A stretch of 64,000 nt of DNA from Setoptus koraiensis. Taxonomy: Eukaryota; Animalia; Arthropoda. Shown here in pieces: positions 23,900-37,000 of the stretch; within the stretch, counting starts at the first letter, position 1; every line of letters starts with the position of its first letter. The notes under the pieces were generated by a model, which saw only the letters and a program-made list of their open reading frames with translations, was not told where the DNA came from and did no database searches. Where the stretch lies: positions 5,270,001 through 5,334,000 of the forward strand of contig CM106585.1 of NCBI GenBank assembly GCA_048013815.1, written 5' to 3'. The position numbers and the translations under genes were made by a program.

Positions 23900-25983
23900 A
23901 TGACTAGGATCAAAAATACCGCATACACACTAAACAAAATGTTACACGTAGGTTCCTCATTGATATGTTTTTTTCGACAGAACTACGATTTTGTCTTAGA
24001 TGTCACGACTTGTTTATCAACTACAATCAATACTAATTTCAATCTATTTGTATCCAATGCTTTGTCTAGATGCGAAAAGGAATTGGAATGCCATCTGTGA
24101 TACACGCTTTGGTGGTTATATTTGCAGAATTTTTCGCTTGGGGACTGCTCACGACACCAACTATCAGGGCTCTCAAACAGACTTTTCCCGATCATACGCT
24201 TATGATAAATGGTCTCATATGGGGTATCAAGGTAAACATTTGTCTTGCATAGATTTGCCTCATTACCACCCATTCGACAAGTGCTTCAGGGCTAATAGTT
24301 TAAACCATTGTATCTTTTTAACAGGGAACGCTTTCATTCTTGACCAGCCCATTGATCGGTTATTGCAGCGATGTATTTGGGAGGAAATTATTTTTAATGA
24401 TAACGGTAATGTTCACTTGCTTACCGATACCAATGATGCTTTTAAGCGAATGGTTAGTATTACGACGTTTCAAGCAACCGGCAACCTTTCTATCAATGCA
24501 TTCGCCCTAACTGGTTTCTACAAAAAAAAATGTCTCATTTGCGTACCATTCAATTGTTTTCAGGTGGTATTTTATCATGATAGCGATATCGGGACTATTT
24601 TCTGTGACATTCTCAGTGGTTTTTGCCTATGTGGCCGATGTTACAACTGACTCAAACCGCAGTTCTGCCTATGGACAAGTATCAGCAACATTTGCTGCTA
24701 GTATGATTATTAGTCCAGCCCTAGGAGCATATCTTAGTCGCCAATATAGTGAGAATCTAGTCATATTATTGGCAACGGTCGTTGCTGCTTTAGATGTACT
24801 TTTTATTATGTTTGTTGTACCCGAATCCCTGCCCGAAAAATTTAGACCGCAACAGATATCCCTATGGGAGCAAGCTGATCCATTGTCCACCATGAGGAAA
24901 ATAGGCCGAGACTTCATGATCTGGACACTATGCTTGACTGTCTTTCTATCATATCTTCCGGAAGCAGGTAACTATCAGTAAATACCCAAATCAATGTACT
25001 TCTCGAATACAGATAGGTTAAATGATTATTTCTCTTTTGTTGTGTTCTTCATTCCCAACAGGTCAATACTCTTGTTTTTTTGTCTACCTCAAATTGATTA
25101 TTGGATTTAGTGATGAACACGTAGCCCTGTTTATAGCCTTCATTGGTCTATTATCAGTTTTAGCTCAAGTGAGTCAATTTTTCCTTACTTTCGCAATTTC
25201 TGATAGTTCAATTCTATTACTAATCCTAACTTGTATTTCATTCATCGTTTCCAGACGTTGCTTCTTATATTCTTCATAGATAGGTTCGGAGGAAAAAATA
25301 CAATTATGATAGGACTGTTAATGCAGGGCACACAATTATTCCTCCTTAGTCTGGGCCGTAACTCCTGGCTGATGTGGTTTACAGGTATAGTGGCCAGCTT
25401 AAGTTCCATCACATATCCAGCTATAAGTGCCTATATATCTACCTATGCAGATTCCGATAAACAAGGTCTTGTTCAAGGTTTGATCACTGGTGTAAGAAGT
25501 TTATGCGGTGGTATTGGTCCAGCACTGTTTGGTGTGCTATTCAATTACTATGATGTTGATATGTATGGGCAAATCGAAGCCAATCCATACAATCCTCACA
25601 CCGCCGGAAACCCTCTACAACCTTCAATATCTTCACCTATTGTTGATAGGGCGCCGACTATAAATAATCCGTCGCAGTTACCAGGAGAAAAAGTTCCAAG
25701 TCTTTCACAACCTCCACATCGTGATAACGATAGATTCATTGTTGGTCCACCTTTTTTGTTTGGTGCATTTCTCGTTATCTTGGCCACTATAGTTGCCAAG
25801 TTTATACCTGACTCTATTATTTCCTACAGGAGATGCTCGACAAAATCAAATAGTCCGACTAATTATTATCAATACACCAGCATTTCCAATAGTAACGGTA
25901 GTCTTGAAATAAATAATTTATCAAATATCGGATCTTCTACAATGTCTCTTGCCAAGAGGGATATCATAGATTCGGGAGATTGA
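23900..25983 (+). CDS. MFSD14A: MFS transporter, hippocampus-abundant transcript 1 (HIAT1/MFSD14) family
   Basis: Exons 23900-23947(?), 24070-24231, 24325-24452, 24564-24967, 25062-25168 and 25255-25983, all GT-AG and in phase. Motifs GIGMPSVIHALVVIFAEFFAWGLLT, SDVFGRK, VTFSVVFAYVAD, SYLPEAGQYSCFFVYLK, ITYPAISA. Confidence 0.93.
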
Positions 25984-26170
25984 CAACTAAATTGCGCGAG
26001 AAATGATCTATTTGTATAGTTTAATAAAATAGACATCAAAGAGTGAAAGAAGAACAGATGACTCAAGATGATATTGAAACACGAATGATAATAAATTTGT
26101 TTTTATATTCAAAAATTTGTTGATTTGTTACGCAAGCGTCCTCTAAATCTTCTTGACTTGCTTCTCGTTT

Positions 26171-27097
26171 TCATTCACCAATATACTGAGGCTTCCTCTT
26201 TTCAATAAATGCTCGAAGACCCTCTAATCGATCCTTGGTGGGTACCAACTGTAGATAACAAGAACGTTCAAAATCAAGACCATTGGCTAGACTCATGCCA
26301 AGTCCCTTGTTTATGGCTAATTTGGAAAGTTTTATGGAAATAGGCGCTCGTTTGCTTATTTTTTGCGCCAACTCTAAAGCCTTGTTAAAGGAAGCATTAG
26401 GCTGGGTGGCATCCTCTACGAATTCATCCGCTACGCCAAGATCGTAAGCTTGTTTTCCGTTTATGATTTGACCAGTCCAAATGAGTTTTTTCGCTTTGGC
26501 TGGACCAATCAGACGGGATAGTCTTTGTGTACCGCCAGCTCCCGGTATGATTCCCAATTTGCATTCAGGTAGTCCAACTCTCGCTCTTTCGCTCATTATT
26601 CTTAGATCACAAGCTAGGGCATACTCTAGACCACCACCCAAGGCGAACCCGTCGATAGCCGCAATCGTTGGAGTAGGAAAATTCTCTATTTTATTCATGA
26701 GCTCACCTTGAAATAGAAGCCATCTATCTAGTTCATGTTCAGTCATTTTAGCACGCTCCTTCAGATTAGCACCGGCACAAAAGAAATTGTCAACTAAACT
26801 CCTCAGAATCAAAACCCTGATTTCCCTATTATCTCTTAGATGATCAAATATAGAGGTCATTCTATTGACTTGTTCATATCCTAAAGTATTCTTGCTCACT
26901 GGATCATTCAAGTTGACAACAACTATTGATGGCGAGTGACGTTCCACTTGAACTATTCCTTGATTCAACGAGGACCCGGCGGGCTTGATGACACTATCTC
27001 TGACTGGATTTTTTGCACCGCTTTGACAAGATCTTATCGAGGTAACGTTTTTATGACATGTAATCTGTCTTGTTTTTAGAATATGGTACCCTATCAT
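26171..27097 (-). CDS. AUH: Methylglutaconyl-CoA hydratase-like enoyl-CoA hydratase (crotonase family)
   Basis: FCAGANLKER, PTIAAIDGFALGGGLEYALACDLRI, GLPECKLGIIPGAGGTQRLSRLIG, KDRLEGLRAFIEKRKPQYIGE. Basic mitochondrial-type N-terminus. Confidence 0.88.
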   Translation of the reverse strand: MIGYHILKTRQITCHKNVTSIRSCQSGAKNPVRDSVIKPAGSSLNQGIVQVERHSPSIVVVNLNDPVSKNTLGYEQVNRMTSIFDHLRDNREIRVLILRSLVDNFFCAGANLKERAKMTEHELDRWLLFQGELMNKIENFPTPTIAAIDGFALGGGLEYALACDLRIMSERARVGLPECKLGIIPGAGGTQRLSRLIGPAKAKKLIWTGQIINGKQAYDLGVADEFVEDATQPNASFNKALELAQKISKRAPISIKLSKLAINKGLGMSLANGLDFERSCYLQLVPTKDRLEGLRAFIEKRKPQYIGE

Positions 27098-27743
27098 AAC
27101 TGTGTATTTCTATTCTTTTATGTAGTAGTAGAATATGTCGTAACACGACAAGGTTGTAATTGGACAGTTGTTACAAATGATCACAATTTCAAACTTTGGC
27201 TTATCTTTCGGAGCCAATATACTAAAATTAGGCCTTGGTTGTCAACTTCATTAATCGATCGCGGAATGTATGAAACGATCCATTGTTTTTACATGGATCG
27301 ATCTATCCAGGTCCATAGTTTCATCAGAGGTAGATGATTGTTGTTGATGCTGGTAGGTTGAAATTATGCAACACTAGCTCTTGATTTGTATGGTTCAATT
27401 CATTAGAGATATCACCACAACAATCTTCCATGACACTAACATGCTACAATTTTGAGACTATTATCTCCAACCTTCCACTATAAGCGGTAAACTCAAATCA
27501 TCTCCCCGGCGGCCGGAGTCCGGCGCGAAGTCTCGGCAAGACAATCCAACTATTGATGAGTTCAAAATACTCTTAAGACCGTACATTTGAATCAAATGTA
27601 AGTAAGTTGGTGATTATAAAAGAAGCAGTTGAAACCAAATACTGCATAGACAGAATGACTCTTGACTAAAGATAAGGTAACAAAAAAATAAAGTTTATAT
27701 TTATTCGAACTCATCACACCGATGTTAAAATATAAATCAATAA

Positions 27744-29695
27744 TCATTTAACCTCTGCAATTGAAGATTCCAATCCTTCTAACATCGGCAAAACTTGTGT
27801 CATCTTAGGCCTCAATTTCTTCTTATTCTCAGTTGATAATAGAGCCACTCGAAACATGGATTTGACAACAGAAAAGTCCCACTCGCCAGCTTTCGCGTCC
27901 ATGATTTTTCTCAAGAAGTCATCTCGGCCCTTTTCTTGAAGCATTCTCAGATCTTTTCTATGATCTTCTGTTTCATCGCGTTGAATGTGTACAGATTCTG
28001 GCTTGTCAATACTTTGTGAGAAGGATAAAACTTCGGGGTTGCAGCGCATTTCAATTTCCTCGTCTATGTCTGCTAACTCTTCCATGATGTAAGTAAATAT
28101 GTCCTCGCCTCTATTTTCATCATACGGTTTCATCCCGGTAATTATTTCCAACAATACTATTCCGAAGCTGAAAGTGTCTAATTTTGTTGAAATATCACCA
28201 CGAAACGCCTCGGCAGCCATGTAAATGCTTGTACCCATGATATTTTGAGTCATTTGAGTAACATGAGTTCGAATGTGCTTGTTGGAGTCAATTTCTTCGG
28301 CAGGTAACGAATTGGAGGCCGCGTAAGCTTGCAGCTGTCTAATCAAAGTGAAATCCCCTACTCTTGGCTTGAGTTGAGAGTCCAGAAGTATGTTGGCAGA
28401 TTTTATATCTCTGTGAATGATCGGTGTCTGAAATGCAGTATGAAGATAGGAGATTCCCTTGGCTACCCCGACTGCAATTGATAGCCGCTGTTGCCATTTG
28501 ATGGGTTCGGAATCATTTTTACATGCTAGTCTATCAAGCAAAGAACCACTATCCATAAACTCATACACTAGGCACAAGTGATATTGATCAATAGATCCAT
28601 TGTTTGATGCGAGTTTCGTTGTTATTGAGATTCCTAGAAACTTGAGTATATTTTCGTGCGATATCTTCATAATGAGATCAATCTCGTTAAGCAAGAAATC
28701 TTTATTGCACTCCTTTCTGAGCAATTTTACAGCAACGAACCTCTTCTCATATTCTTCCAGTATTAATGGCATGATAGGATCAGCTTCAGCCTTGAATACT
28801 CTGCTGAATCTACCTAATAGAAGATAGTTTAATTGAATTGGCTGATTAGTTCAGATATGCATATCACTATATAAGAGCTTCGTACAAGAGAGTTAAAGAA
28901 ATATTTACCTTCGCCCAACATGGTTCCAGTTTTTGTAGAAAAGTTGTACGGCTTATGGCAAAAGTTGTTGGTTGACTGGTATATAGATTCAAATGAGAAC
29001 CTTTGACACTTGGAACCTATTTTTTTCTGAAAATCCGAAAATCCCTCAAATGTGAATATCTCCTCTATATCAAACTCGCTCCGCACAATACTGTTCGAAT
29101 GTTCAGGTTTTGTCTGAAGGTAGTCATTAGAGTAGTCTTGGATCTCACTTCGAGAGATACAGGATACAAGACTCTCTGAGTCGACTGAGGTTATATTTGT
29201 GTCCGATGGCAACTCTTCATCCATAATCATGTCAAAACTTGATGTGTTGGATTTGATGGATGATGATGAGACTCTATAGCGGCTAGTTTGATTTGAATTG
29301 ATCGGCTCTAGCAATCGCCCCACGTTTTGTTGCGCCTGCTCATCTATCAGCTCCAGATCCAGAATATGCCTGCAAACATAGTCTCTAGCTCTCTGCATCT
29401 GAGCTTTCTCCAGGTAAAATAAAAGCGTTCTTACAGTCGGTCTCCGACGTCCTGAGGTGCTCCATGAGTTTATCAATTCTTTGGTGGGGGATTTTCCCGC
29501 TAACAGTTGCCTTTCGAGTTGATAAATAGCTGCACTTGAAAATAGAGGCCCTCCGTTGTTGTCTGGTTTCGGCAATATCGAGGCCAACTTTTTCCATGCC
29601 CCTGCAACATCTAAGATCTCTGCTAGCTTACTTCTGTGATTATCACCAAGGTGCCTGAGTTCTTTGTGGAGCTCTCGCGACAGCTGATGTGACAT
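27744..29695 (-). CDS. IRAK4: Death-domain Ser/Thr kinase, Tube/IRAK4 type
   Basis: Exons 29695-28909 and 28813-27744 with a 95-nt intron in the Gly-rich loop (GEG|RF). Tube-like death domain (AWKKLASILPK..SPTKELINSWSTSGRRRPTV), VAVKLL, HRDIKSANILL (RD kinase), GDFT, GTSIYMAAE. An in-frame upstream ATG at 29887 is also possible. Confidence 0.8.
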
Positions 29696-29911
29696 AGAGA
29701 TGATGGTTTTATTGCACTTGGGATTGGGAATCAATGTTTCTGAGCAAAGTAACCTGAGTATCAGTTGGCAATCATTTGTCGGGAATACATATTGCATGAG
29801 ATATGCGATTCCACTTTTGTCAAATAATAACACGCAAACAAATACTAGATCACCTGTTGCCAGTCTAAGCGCGTAGTTTAAAAGCATTTTGAATGTCTGA
29901 CTTAACAAGTC

Positions 29912-31027
29912 CTAGCAGTACAACATCTGAGTGCATAATTCAAATTCAGAATATTCTGTGGCCTCATCTTCATTTGTAAAAAAGCTATCTGACATGTTGT
30001 CGAGGAGCAGATGGTCTATGTCAGCTAGCTGAACACAGTTAGCTTCTCTGAGGCCGTAATTATTTGATATTATGAAAGGAATTGGTGCACTAGGGTGAGC
30101 TGCACCTTTAGTGACATGCGCATATCTGGTAATATCTCCGCCTCGATCCAACCTTTCCAGATAAATTTTAGTGTGAGACATATGAGACCAAATCTTCCCG
30201 AGTGCTGGAGTGTTGTACCCTAATTTCATATCATAGGCTACATGATTGGTCACTACGAACGCAATTCGTCTATCCCATGCTAATTGCGACATAATTTTGA
30301 CCGCTTCAGTTAATTTCAGGCTCCTCTGGTTGTAATAATCGAATGTCGGAGGATCGGTAGTTTCCGGGTCGCTCTTGAAAGGGCAAGTAATACTGTCGAT
30401 TATTATCAGTTTGATTTTGGGGTTCTTGTCCAAAAATTCAATCAACCTATTTCGAATAATTTCTATCAAGCTAATGGCATTATTACAGTTGATAACATAT
30501 ATCTTGTCCTGTAACTTTACTGGATTCAATTCTTTGCCTAGATCATGGTCTTCTAGAATTGATTTTGCTAGTTTAAAAAAGCGCCTAAGCGCTAGCTTGA
30601 GTTTCCCTTCACCTTCAGTGTGTATGAGTAGGACCTCTCCATCCAAACCACCGTGATCCTCTGGTAACTGTGTCATGATACTAAGTTGGGTGCAAAGATG
30701 AGACTTGCCTGAGCCTGCATCACCGCTAATCTCTGTAATGCGTCCAGTCTTTATACCTCCTCCCAACAGCCAGTCTAATTTGTCGAAGGATGATTTGATA
30801 CTTTCAAATGGCCTCTGGGCCAATTCGGCCGCTAGTACAATGTAATGCGGCTTCTTTGGCTTTATTGTATCTAGAATCTCTTCACATTCGGAAATTTTCA
30901 ATTTTAATTTTTGTGCCAATCTTACTGGAGTAAAATGATTGAGATGAGAGACAAGTATGATGTCATTAGTTAATAAATGCCTAATAATAGGTGGTGGTAA
31001 TTTTGTTTGCCTCACACTTATCTCCAT
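29912..31027 (-). CDS. RAD51C: RAD51 paralogue, most like RAD51C
   Basis: LDWLLGGGIKTGRITEISGDAGSGKS (Walker A), QLPEDHGGLDGEVLLIHTEG, LIIIDS (Walker B), VVTNH, PALGKIWSH. Intronless. Confidence 0.75.
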   Translation of the reverse strand: MEISVRQTKLPPPIIRHLLTNDIILVSHLNHFTPVRLAQKLKLKISECEEILDTIKPKKPHYIVLAAELAQRPFESIKSSFDKLDWLLGGGIKTGRITEISGDAGSGKSHLCTQLSIMTQLPEDHGGLDGEVLLIHTEGEGKLKLALRRFFKLAKSILEDHDLGKELNPVKLQDKIYVINCNNAISLIEIIRNRLIEFLDKNPKIKLIIIDSITCPFKSDPETTDPPTFDYYNQRSLKLTEAVKIMSQLAWDRRIAFVVTNHVAYDMKLGYNTPALGKIWSHMSHTKIYLERLDRGGDITRYAHVTKGAAHPSAPIPFIISNNYGLREANCVQLADIDHLLLDNMSDSFFTNEDEATEYSEFELCTQMLYC

Positions 31028-33989
31028 CCTAGATACACTTGTACTTTTCTGTCTAATGAATGAATAATAATATGTATCTCTGTAACCTCATCGCCAAAAC
31101 AGACTAGAGTGTGAGTATGCTGACGAGTGCATAGATCTCTAAATGCATAAAATTGATGAAATAAATGTAATGAGGCGCAATCTATGAATTTCATGAATTG
31201 TTGTCTCATGTGGACAAGTGGAGTCAGACTGCGGTAACTTTCAAGTGTGACTGTAGCCAACAGATCAATAGTTTTGAGATCAATCGCGCGCCAATTATTT
31301 GGGCGCCCGCGAATTTTGAAAACCAGTCAAAGTTTAGTGATTGGGGGAGGAAGACCTCCCGCCTCCCGGAACCCGACCTGTCGCCTCCCGCCTCTTGACT
31401 CTTAAATCGATGATCGAATAGAGAATTGTCATCGAGACGAGATGTAGCCAGTTTTCATTGAATGGGGGAGGGGGCATGGGGAGTCGGGAGGTGTTTTACC
31501 TCCCAGATCTCGCAGGGGGAGAAGACCTTCCCACCTCCCCCGCTCACTATCAAAGTTGGGGCTCCATTTTCGTTACTATCGCATGAACTCTCCCCCGAAG
31601 CATCTTATTGGTAGCTCAATAGTTTGAGTACAACTATCCGATTAATGCTGCTTACAACATTATAATCCATCTGCCAATGATATAGCAAGGATATCTAATT
31701 GGCTACAGGTGATGATTGATATTCTCAGCCAAGATTTGTTTGCAATGATGCATTGTATTTCAATTGATTGAACGTCAAATCAATGACACTTGATGATTAC
31801 ATTGCTACAAATGAGAGAAAGACATTTGTTTTATTTTTAAGTTCATGATCAGTAATTGCTGTGTAATTTATGAATATTCATTTTTGCGCGATGAGGAAGA
31901 ACAGAAAAAGAGAGGCCAATCAACTGAATATTAGGAGATTGATAGATTAAGTTCAAGTTCAACAATGCCCTGAGCGAGGCTCTGATCAATCGAATACAGA
32001 GACAAGATTAAAAAAGTATACTCGAATCTTCATAGAATGTCATTCAATTGTTGAATGATCGCTTATTATTTAGGGTTGAAAGTTGATTCGAACTTTGACT
32101 AGAATTCAAAGTAAAAACTTTCCATCTTAATAATTATCTTGGAAAATTTCTATCAATTCACTTAAAGATGAGTATTGATCAAGTATATTTCAAGTTATTG
32201 ATCAATGAGTCTTATAAGTTATAAATGATCACAATGGACCCTATATCGATAGCGAGCTTTGTTATTCAAAAAATTAATCAGGAAGAATAGAAAAACTACA
32301 ATGTCTGATCGATCACAGATTATCAAGACCTTCCTTCATCCGTTTCCTGTAACTTCACAGAGACATTAAAACATGGTTGGAATATCATATTTTTTTATTG
32401 TCAAGTTACTATTCTAGTCACATAATTTAATTTTATCGTTATCTAAATTTAGATAATTCGGAGAAAACCTGTTGAATTTTTCTGGAAAAATATCAGCTAT
32501 TCAGTAAAGGTATTGAAGTTGTTGTTGTCACGCCATTATTATTTTCCAAATATCTATTAGCCATTAAAACTTCTGATTTTTCATTGTTTTTTTTTCTTTG
32601 TTGCACAAATCAATAACCCAGGAGTATGGTAATTCCATAAATGATTGCGCCTTAATTTTGAAATATTTGCGCGAATATTTCGAAAAAAGAAGATGGAGTG
32701 TCAGTCGTTCAGTGCTTCAGGAAATTGATGGGCTGAAGAGATTTCCATCCATCAGAGTTTACAATTGATAGCAACTGTAATTAGTCAATTGGTTGCCGTT
32801 ATGCGATATTCAAGTGCATACTGATAAATTAGTATGAGTTCGTCCCAACAATTACGATGTGATTGAGTGCAATAATATTTAAAAGGCTTCTTAAACTCAA
32901 GCATGAGACTCAGACACCTTGATAGCATGGTTAAGTTTAGCATATTGATCGAGTGATGCTAGCATGCTTTTCACGTAGCTTTTGAGTCATTACTTTTTTA
33001 TACTTTTTGCGATCAAATGATAAAAATTCAATCTCTTTAGGGATTTACATCATTATCTTTATTATATCTCAAGAAAGATAAATGCGACTTGGGATTTATG
33101 TTTCAACTTTTATGTGTGTGAGAACATGTCGACACAAACAATATGCTGGGACTTGAGATTATTTCGAATCACAAACAAGAACATAAATTATAATAATCAT
33201 TTATCTCATCTAACTTTGCCTGGAAAGCTAGAAACCTTGGAATATGGTGATGAATTTTGTTCGAACCTTGATTCAGTAACGTCACTACGTATGGCCAATG
33301 ATCAATCGGGCTCTTCGATAAACATTTTGATAGTCATCTCTTTGTGTACGAGAAAACTGTTACTGGAATGATAACAACACATAGTTTCACAAATATGTAT
33401 TCACTTGGTCGGTCAATCTAGTGAAACTTTTCATTTGATAATGCGTTATTAGTCCGAGAGATGCTAATTAACATTGTTTCATACTGTAAACATGGCATAC
33501 ATACCAATAATTGAGAAAATATTTGAACATTCATTCGATCGGGCTACTAGTGGCCAACTGTAGAGATTCATTTCATCGCGTATTAATTGATGAAATTGGC
33601 CGTGAAAGTTTACGAGAAACAGAAATACAAACTGACCTTAGATTACCATTACATTACCGAAGATCTCCAATGTAACAAGTGTTAATCTTTGTGTAAGTTA
33701 TTAATAGTGTTGAGATCTATGGCTTGATAATTATAAGTCCATTCGAAGGCTTCATAGTAGTTTATCAGTACTGTAAGTATGATTTATAGCCGGAACAACG
33801 CGGGAATATGCTCTCAAATTAGTGAATACTGACAATATTACGAGCTTTTGTTTGTAGTCACTTGTAATTGTTGTCAGAGAGGTGCTTTAGGGTCAAAAGA
33901 TAAGGAAACATTATTTGTAAATGATCATTAAGGCAAAACCGGTGTGATATAGGTTTCGATAGTTCATTATCAATGCTATGTGTCAAATC

Positions 33990-34075
33990 GAAGATTATTT
34001 TGAGAATGCAGTCGAACAGAAGATTATTTCGAGAATGCAGTCAAATAGAGGATTGTTTGTCCGAGAATGGTTTGT
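33990..34075. repeat. Short tandem repeat, ~29-bp unit, 2-3 degenerate copies
   Basis: gaagattattttgagaatgcagtcgaaca / gaagattatttcgagaatgcagtcaaata / gaggattgtttgtccgagaatgg. Confidence 0.7.
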
Positions 34076-37000
34076 GGTAATTGATTTTAGTGATTGTAAT
34101 AAGTACCAGTAATGATATAAAAGATTCTAAATCTAAACATTGGTATCTTCGTAAACTCCGATAAATTCAATTACTGCAACTGATTATTGATTGAAATACA
34201 AATAGCATTCATAGATCCGAACATATCTATTTAAATCTATTCTACAGCTTAGTGTCAGAGCATCACTCATCGGGATAGAAACGTGAATAGATCCATTCGG
34301 AAAGCAATCAATACTCGCAATCCAAACAGAATACGCAAATCCATTCTGACATTGAATTGTTTACATTTTAATGAAATGCCTCTGATAGCGATAGCCATTT
34401 CAGAAGGTTTGTGAAAAATGTCGAACAATAGAGCAACGACAGAACAAACGTATCTTGTAGGCTAATCAGGCGAATCGATGAAAGAAATCATTCTATCCAT
34501 CGAATCATCCACCTAGACATAATGAAGTTTGTTCGTTGCAATTGAACTCTACCGATGGTGGTCTGAGTTGTAAGGACATATAAATTACTGCTAGTTGGTT
34601 TGGTTTAACATTGCCTAAGTACTGCCAGATTAATATGTTGGTTATCAATCTGATTCACACTTTTCTCTTACACATCTTCCATATGCTGATTTCTGTCTAG
34701 ACTTACTACCTTTCCACTACCACTTTGCCAATAAAATATAAGCTTACATAAATTACAATAATATTTATACTTGTAATCCTTGTATACAATTCAAGTTGAG
34801 CTGGGCATAATTGATATATTAGACAAACTAGTTGCAAAGTGAATTTCAATTCATCCAATCGTGTTTTACATTTGAACGTTTCGAATCTATTCAATCAAGG
34901 CAGTAACAGTTGGAACAACAGGTATGCGACTAGCGCTAACGTCATTCTTACGCAGACATATACCTGCGTTGATTGGAATCTGGATCACAAGTTGATCACA
35001 AACTGATTTGCACCAAAACTAACGGATTTTGATCACTTGATGCTGACGATTACAATTTGTTGATTCTCCTTGTATCTCACACTACTGTAGCAGATTAAGT
35101 TGTCTCTATGTTGATACGTCATTGTTGTTTACAGTCCAAAGAATTGGTAAAAAACCCATGGAGAGATGCATTCCACTGGCTCGACGCTCATCTTTGTGTT
35201 CTTAAATTCTAGATGTAGATTTTCTGAGCCTCAGTTCGGAAAGTTTTCTCTATTTTGAATTGATCATATTTCGCCTAATTCAAACACTGAGCCCATTTTA
35301 GAGAAAGTAGTCGATTTCAACTAATTAGTTACTCTCTTCTGAATTATTGTCTTGTGACACGCATTTTGGATGAGCCGAGAACCACTTCTCTCTCTCTCTC
35401 TCTCTCTGGCTCTACTTGCTATTATTGTCTATTAGATTATCGGATTTATATTTATGAATTCAGGATAGATCACTTAATGATAGTCTGGATCATTTGTGTG
35501 TCGAATGCAATTATTTGCATTTCAGTATGGATATCTGTAGCTACAGACACACAGAATTACATATGCAAGTGGCACACTTGGGAAGAATCATACACCAGGT
35601 GCACCTTCTTATTATAGTTAGCTGGTTTGGAACTTCGCATCTCACACTTGTTATCGCTGAAGTGCTTTCGTCTTGATGAATCCAAATTTCAAATGTATAT
35701 CTAAATACAACTCTTATGCCTAGACATCTGCATTAGTCAATGGCAATGTTATGTGTTTGTCATAATGCATGGCGAAGTATCGAGAGTCATAGATCCGCTT
35801 TTTGGTGTTTGTTGGTGATTCAAATCGCCTACAATGTAAAAATTGATGCTGTCCCTGGGACAACAGTTGCAAGGCTATCAATGTAGGAAATCTCAGTTCA
35901 CTCATTCGATAAGAAGTATGTGAAAATTTCTTGGGTTATCATCACATTTTTACTCAAGCATCGTTTACAATATCATTTCTAACAATCAAGACAGTTCCAC
36001 TTCCTGTAAATCAAGAGTGTGTGGCTATATTTTGATGAATTGCGTGCTCAATCAGTCTGATGATTGACCGTCATCTCGCCAGAGTTGCAGTTAGCCAGTG
36101 ATTAGATATGAATCGGCGACTCCAAAGGTGATGACGGCTTGTTAAGCTTAATGTATCAGTAGGCAGGCGCGATCATGTACGAGGTTATGTTATTGAATGT
36201 TTCTTTCCTTCTTTCTCTTTTCCCATTGCCCAATATGATAATGAGATGCTGATGAAAGCTTGATCGATGCAGTTGTTAATGTTGTTGTTGCTGTCGTTGG
36301 CCGGTTGTGTATCCACGGTGATTGGTGGGGCAGATACTGAACTGACATGTTAATAAGCAAATAGACGCTTGTCGAATGGTGCTGATCTTCACCTTGATGA
36401 CTCCACACAATGCACAGTCTCTCCCGTAGACAGCTTGCTTGGCTTGCTGAATAATGTTTAAAGCTGAGCCAGCTAGGAAATTCAGCCGCCATCAATGGTG
36501 CGATGGAAATGGTCAGTCTGGCGAGCTAAGTGGCTAAAGCGGGGGGGAATAATAAAAGTGAGAAGCGAATGTCAAGAGTAAAAGATCATTGGCGGCGTTC
36601 ACTGTGATCGATCGTGGTTATCATCACTCATTGTTATTTGTTGTGTGTGTAGGCCCTCGAGCAAACAATAACAGGGTGCCTAATGCCATTACATGATGTA
36701 CATAATGATCAACGCCACTGGAATGGTCAGCCTCGACGAAGAGGACGAGGAAGAGCTGTCTGTTTCATTTTCACTGCATGTTATTAGAGCCTGATAGTCG
36801 GGCATCATCACCGTTTTCGCAACACATAGGCAGAATAGGCTTGAATACGAAATACCCACACAAATGCGCGTCTATACCAATAATCGTCTCTGGTCGTAGG
36901 TCAATTACATAATAATAATAATGATAATTTATTGGCAGATTAATCTAGTTACTAACAGTTTCAGCATTTTTTCCCTTCTCTTTCTGGTATGTGCCATGCT

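Noticed and set aside
24000-24650. 216-aa + strand ORF overlapping MFSD14
   Set aside because: Out-of-frame read-through across MFSD14 exons and introns.
32620-32770. VIP*M...VLQEIDGLK resembling a PIN-domain motif
   Set aside because: Interrupted by a stop and not in one frame; no upstream DTN motif found.
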